From Leptospiraceae bacterium (GTDB lineage: Bacteria > Spirochaetota > Leptospiria > Leptospirales > Leptonemataceae): a stretch of DNA of 64,000 bases. How positions within the stretch are numbered: the first letter of the stretch is position 1; every line of letters starts with the position of its first letter. The position numbers and the translations under genes were made by a program. Below are positions 61,546-64,000 of the stretch, piece after piece. The stretch spans positions 192,001-256,000 of the forward strand of contig JAVJNR010000002.1 in assembly GCA_040217195.1 (NCBI GenBank), given 5' to 3'. Under the pieces are notes generated by a model. It was not told the DNA's origin and did no database searches. It was given only the letters and a program-made list of their open reading frames with translations.

Positions 61546-62852
61546 AGGGTACCTATTACCTCCACCGGATTGAGCCTGGGGATCTTGCGGATGGCAAGAT
61601 AGGAGAGTCCAAGAGACGGTAGCATCAGAGTTAATAGAGCTATATAAGTCTCCTGAAGATTGACGATTGCCCGGATAGTTACCACGCTACCCATTTCTTG
61701 AATAGCCTTCCCCATTTCGCCTCCCAGTTCTATGGGATTTAATTCCAGGTAGTAGCCAAAACCCATTCCCAGAGCGAGCCCTGGAATAATGCCAAAGAGC
61801 AGAAGCAAAAAAATCTCCAGCATCACTACTCGGATCAAATGACTCCCTCTGGTGCCAATGGCCATCAGGATTCCAAACTCTCGCTTTCTTTCATGCAATG
61901 ACATCTCCACAGTCGTCATTACTCCGGAGGCCATAATCAAAATAAGAAAGGTGAGGGTGATTTCATTTCCAATCTGATCGAGTAAAAGATACTGAACCAG
62001 ATCTTGATTTAGATCATCCCAGTAGAGCACCACAGGATCGTAATTTCGCGCATACTCCGGAGGTAGTTCCGTCTCCGGTACAGGAAAACGTTTCTTCAGA
62101 TCATCGTATATATCTTCGGCCACCAGCGGATTTTTAGCCCCCAGCACTATGGAAGTGTAGCGAACAATGCCCTCTTCTGGATTGCCCGGTGCGAAAAGCT
62201 CTCTGGCTGTTCGAAGATCGGTCCAGAGCATATTTCCATCCAGCTCCGGATTGCCGGTTTTTACAATTCCCTGGATCTTCACTAGAGCTGCCCCGGTGGA
62301 ACCATCAAAGCGCGATCCCACGATAGAAACGATGGATCCTACTTCTGCCTCCAGATTGTCGGCCAGTCTGGTTCCGATGATTGCCTGATAGATTCGCACT
62401 CCTTCATCGTTTTCTTCTATCTGGAAATCCTGTTGAAGGTACTGACCAGAGATGATTTTTTTGTGAAGGTTACTGACCTGCATTTCCTGCTCTGGCGCGC
62501 CTCCCTGAACCTGGACAAAGGCGCTATGCTCTTTTCGTGCCACCAGACCCCCGGACGAAATTCGTGGACTTATCGCTTCAATGTCCGGGTGCTGGAGTTT
62601 CTTTTCCAGTTCTTCGGTATAATCCACGGCCCGGTCCAGTCTTCGTCGGCTTTCTACCCAGCCATAGGCCGCCACCTGTAAATAGCCGGTTGTAAGCTCA
62701 ACCATCTGATCTATGTTTTCCTGATGCGTTCCGTAAGTTAGAAATCGCATAAAGGATGTAAGGGCCACAGAAAGAGCGATGGAGACCATGGTAATGTAGG
62801 TCCTTCGTTTGTTCCTGAATAGATTGCGGGATGCCAGGCGAAATATACTCAC
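61542..62852 (-). CDS. ABC transporter permease (FtsX/LolC type)
   Basis: RNLFRNKRRT, ERKREFG, LNPVE. Confidence 0.93.
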   Translation of the reverse strand: MSIFRLASRNLFRNKRRTYITMVSIALSVALTSFMRFLTYGTHQENIDQMVELTTGYLQVAAYGWVESRRRLDRAVDYTEELEKKLQHPDIEAISPRISSGGLVARKEHSAFVQVQGGAPEQEMQVSNLHKKIISGQYLQQDFQIEENDEGVRIYQAIIGTRLADNLEAEVGSIVSIVGSRFDGSTGAALVKIQGIVKTGNPELDGNMLWTDLRTARELFAPGNPEEGIVRYTSIVLGAKNPLVAEDIYDDLKKRFPVPETELPPEYARNYDPVVLYWDDLNQDLVQYLLLDQIGNEITLTFLILIMASGVMTTVEMSLHERKREFGILMAIGTRGSHLIRVVMLEIFLLLLFGIIPGLALGMGFGYYLELNPIELGGEMGKAIQEMGSVVTIRAIVNLQETYIALLTLMLPSLGLSYLAIRKIPRLNPVEVIGTL

Positions 62853-62861
62853 ATCTGGCCT

Positions 62862-63605
62862 CTATTTTCGCAGGTTGGATTTGCTGAAGATATACGGCGG
62901 AATACCGGTATTGAACTTCAGTTGGTGGAAAATCAATGTTGTGCGTGAGACCTCCCGACCCTGTTCCAGGGAAATCATCTGGTACCTGGTGGGGATGGTA
63001 CGACCGCCCATAGTCTGAATTCGATCATAGAGCATCTTCTTCTTTAAACGGCCCTTATGATCGTAGAATTCTTGCTGCACTGGTAAAGAATCCGATTTGC
63101 GAACCTTGAGCACAATCCTGGACCAGACCACAGCGGCGCTGGGTTTCGGTATCATCTCTATAGTGTAGGTCTCTCCGTCTTTGCTCAGGAATTTATGCGT
63201 GTAATCATCCACGACATTTGTTGCCCTGAGCAGATCGTCATTGGTAAAATCTGACCCCATCCAGCTATCCTGGAGCAGGGACCCCTCTATCTTGATCTCT
63301 TTGTTAATGCTGGGCACATACTGCCACATATTGTCCTTTACTTTTAGAAAAGCGGTACCCCGGTCACGCTCGGGTTTCAGAACGCGAATGAAACCGCGGT
63401 CCGTGCTGGACTCATCCCAGATCTGCATTAGTAGGCTTCGATGAACCCGGTCCCGATCAATCTGTAGTTCCATCAGGCCTTCCGAGGTATTTCCCCGGGT
63501 CTTCTGGTCCATTTGATCCACAACCTGGCGGGCTGTGGGCTCGGCCTGTAGACTCAGGCCTGTGAACAGGAAAAAGAAGATGGTAGCTGTAGCTTTTCCG
63601 CTCAT
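62862..63605 (-). CDS. Outer-membrane lipoprotein-sorting (LolA-like) protein
   Basis: Signal peptide, P..RGTAFL, WQYVP, SWMGSDFTNDD, FSKSNL; SD gaggagg. Confidence 0.88.
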   Translation of the reverse strand: MSGKATATIFFFLFTGLSLQAEPTARQVVDQMDQKTRGNTSEGLMELQIDRDRVHRSLLMQIWDESSTDRGFIRVLKPERDRGTAFLKVKDNMWQYVPSINKEIKIEGSLLQDSWMGSDFTNDDLLRATNVVDDYTHKFLSKDGETYTIEMIPKPSAAVVWSRIVLKVRKSDSLPVQQEFYDHKGRLKKKMLYDRIQTMGGRTIPTRYQMISLEQGREVSRTTLIFHQLKFNTGIPPYIFSKSNLRK

Positions 63606-63633
63606 GGAGACTCCTCCTCAGAAGTTCTTTCGG

Positions 63634-63673
63634 AACTTTCAGTAATAATTGAAAGTTTATTCCTCTCTGTCAA
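63634..63673 (-). promoter_or_regulatory. sigma70-type promoter overlapped by a palindromic operator
   Basis: TTGACA (63673-63668), 17-nt spacer, AATTAT; perfect AACTTTCA-N8-TGAAAGTT at 63634-63657. Confidence 0.7.
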
Positions 63674-63729
63674 ATGCTTTGAGTTTTTTCTTCGAGTCGT
63701 TTGCTCTAGCGGCCAGGATTTATTTTTAC

Positions 63730-63784
63730 GAATGCCAGAATGCCAGAATGCCAGAATGCCAGAATGCCAGAATGCCAGAATGCC
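63730..63784. repeat. Perfect 8-bp tandem repeat: (GAATGCCA)x6 plus GAATGCC
   Basis: Read directly from the sequence; intergenic. Confidence 0.97.
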
Positions 63785-63809
63785 GGTCTGAAATGGCCTC
63801 AAGCAGGTC

Positions 63810-63998
63810 TCACGATTTATTCTTTTCCAGCAGTGCATTGAATCCATCGGCGTTTAGAGCCGGACTGAAATAGAAGCCCTGTATTGAGTGCACTCCCAGG
63901 TCTTCCAATTTGCCCAGGGATTGAATATCTTCCACGCCCTCGGCCACCATGGTCAGTCCCAGTGCCGATGCCATTCCGGTAATCGCCTGGAGTATGCG
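63810..63998 (-). CDS. C-terminal end of an EAL-domain protein (partial, runs off the window)
   Basis: Manual translation ...ALGLTMVAEGVED...GVHSIQGFYFSPAL...KNKS*; not in the ORF track. Confidence 0.88.
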   Translation of the reverse strand, partial: RILQAITGMASALGLTMVAEGVEDIQSLGKLEDLGVHSIQGFYFSPALNADGFNALLEKNKS

Positions 63999-64000
63999 GT

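Noticed and set aside
63730..63784. Repeat as a CRISPR array, or as coding sequence (ORFs 63602..63847 and 63649..63873)
   Set aside because: 8-bp units with no spacers and no cas genes; the ORFs are repeat translations overlapping a promoter and the EAL gene

Overview
A 64 kb, densely coding stretch of core bacterial chromosome. Gene content and style point to a Leptospiraceae spirochete (lipase plus chaperone, POTRA-less Omp85, 7TM-DISM/SpoIIE signalling protein, several Leptospira-type hypotheticals); this taxonomy is an inference. It holds about 55 CDSs (including ribF, lnt, mnmC, panE, prmA, uvrB, holB-like, prfB, a class B PBP, lepB, xseA, queE/D/C, kdsB, can, plsC and a LolA-like/ABC operon), one tRNA-Phe and an 8-bp tandem repeat. 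I saw no mobile element, prophage or CRISPR array. The best candidate for something undescribed is non-coding: a ~150-nt, multi-hairpin small RNA (24373->24224, minus strand) with a sigma54 -24/-12 promoter, its own terminator and an upstream palindrome that could be an enhancer. Other notable points: a window-wide pattern of TTG -35 boxes 33-37 nt before start codons (apparently leaderless mRNAs), an FAD oxidoreductase that seems to need a non-canonical start (probably ATT), a three-hairpin lipase leader, and a palindromic operator plus tandem repeat upstream of the LolA-like ABC operon. All product calls come from motif recognition, not database searches.
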